This document shows positions 63,631 through 64,000 of a stretch of 64,000 bases of DNA, one piece after another. The DNA comes from Xylographa opegraphella (Eukaryota), in the NCBI GenBank assembly GCA_022813865.1, contig JALDZX010000030.1, forward strand, positions 1 to 64,000, read 5' to 3'. Every line of letters begins with the position of its first letter. The first letter of the stretch is position 1. The translations under genes and the position numbers were made by a program. The notes under the pieces are model-generated. The model was not told where the DNA came from, did not search any database, and saw only the letters and a list, made by a program, of their open reading frames with translations.

Positions 63631-63909
63631 GCTTGCAACTTGCTCGGAACAGGTTTTTTTGAATCTGTAGCTTGAATGGATGAGGGCCCAGGTTGTTTAA
63701 GGGAGTCGAACGCAACCGGATGAATATTGGTGTCTGAGGATTTGTCGGAGGCCAACAGAGGGATGACGTTCAAACTTCGAAGAGAAAAAGAGGTTGGCTC
63801 GTTGTCACGCCCTGCTCCAAGCTTGATTCGGCATAGCCTACCAAGGTAGTTCGTTAGCAGTAGAGACGCGCTAGTGTCAGCCTTTTTGTTTTAGACTTCG
63901 TTCTCATTG

Positions 63910-63940
63910 TCCAACTTCACTCCAACTTCACTCCAACTTC
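63910..63940. repeat. ~3x TCCAACTTCAC tandem repeat
   Basis: Seen directly, upstream of the I9 gene. Confidence 0.85.
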
Positions 63941-64000
63941 TTTCACCAGTTTCTTGCTCAATTCACTACTGAATTCCTCCGCTATAGACTCGGGCTACTC

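Overview
Gene-dense, intron-containing chromosomal segment of a filamentous ascomycete (Pezizomycotina; species not determinable here). It starts with the 3' end of a RIP-marked LTR retrotransposon (assembly gap inside) and an AT-rich relic. Genes in order: eIF2D/Tma64, Rcf2, AA9 LPMO, a frameshifted ubiquitin-conjugating pseudogene, a cyclase-family hydrolase, an HD hydrolase, veA with a 4.4-kb upstream region, a low-complexity hypothetical, an M43 metalloprotease, Cdc50/Lem3, a SWIRM protein, an arylsulfotransferase, an aldo-keto reductase, a hypothetical, a sugar porter, a stop-interrupted mitochondrial carrier, Spt16, a DHA1 MFS transporter, Ggc1, Atg8, Hem13, a Hook-like protein and a secreted I9 protease inhibitor absent from the ORF track. 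I found no clearly new multi-gene system. The most notable observations are: (i) a carrier gene with intact frame and splicing (7-nt micro-exon) but two in-frame stops; (ii) a catalytically intact AA9 with no in-frame ATG; (iii) a hidden last exon giving the arylsulfotransferase a GPI-like tail; (iv) alternative 5'-UTR splice donors flanking uORFs in veA; (v) recurrent TACTCCGTA/TAGGTA motif clusters, some forming hairpins, in intergenic DNA. Gene models were spliced by eye and family calls come from motif recognition, not database searches.
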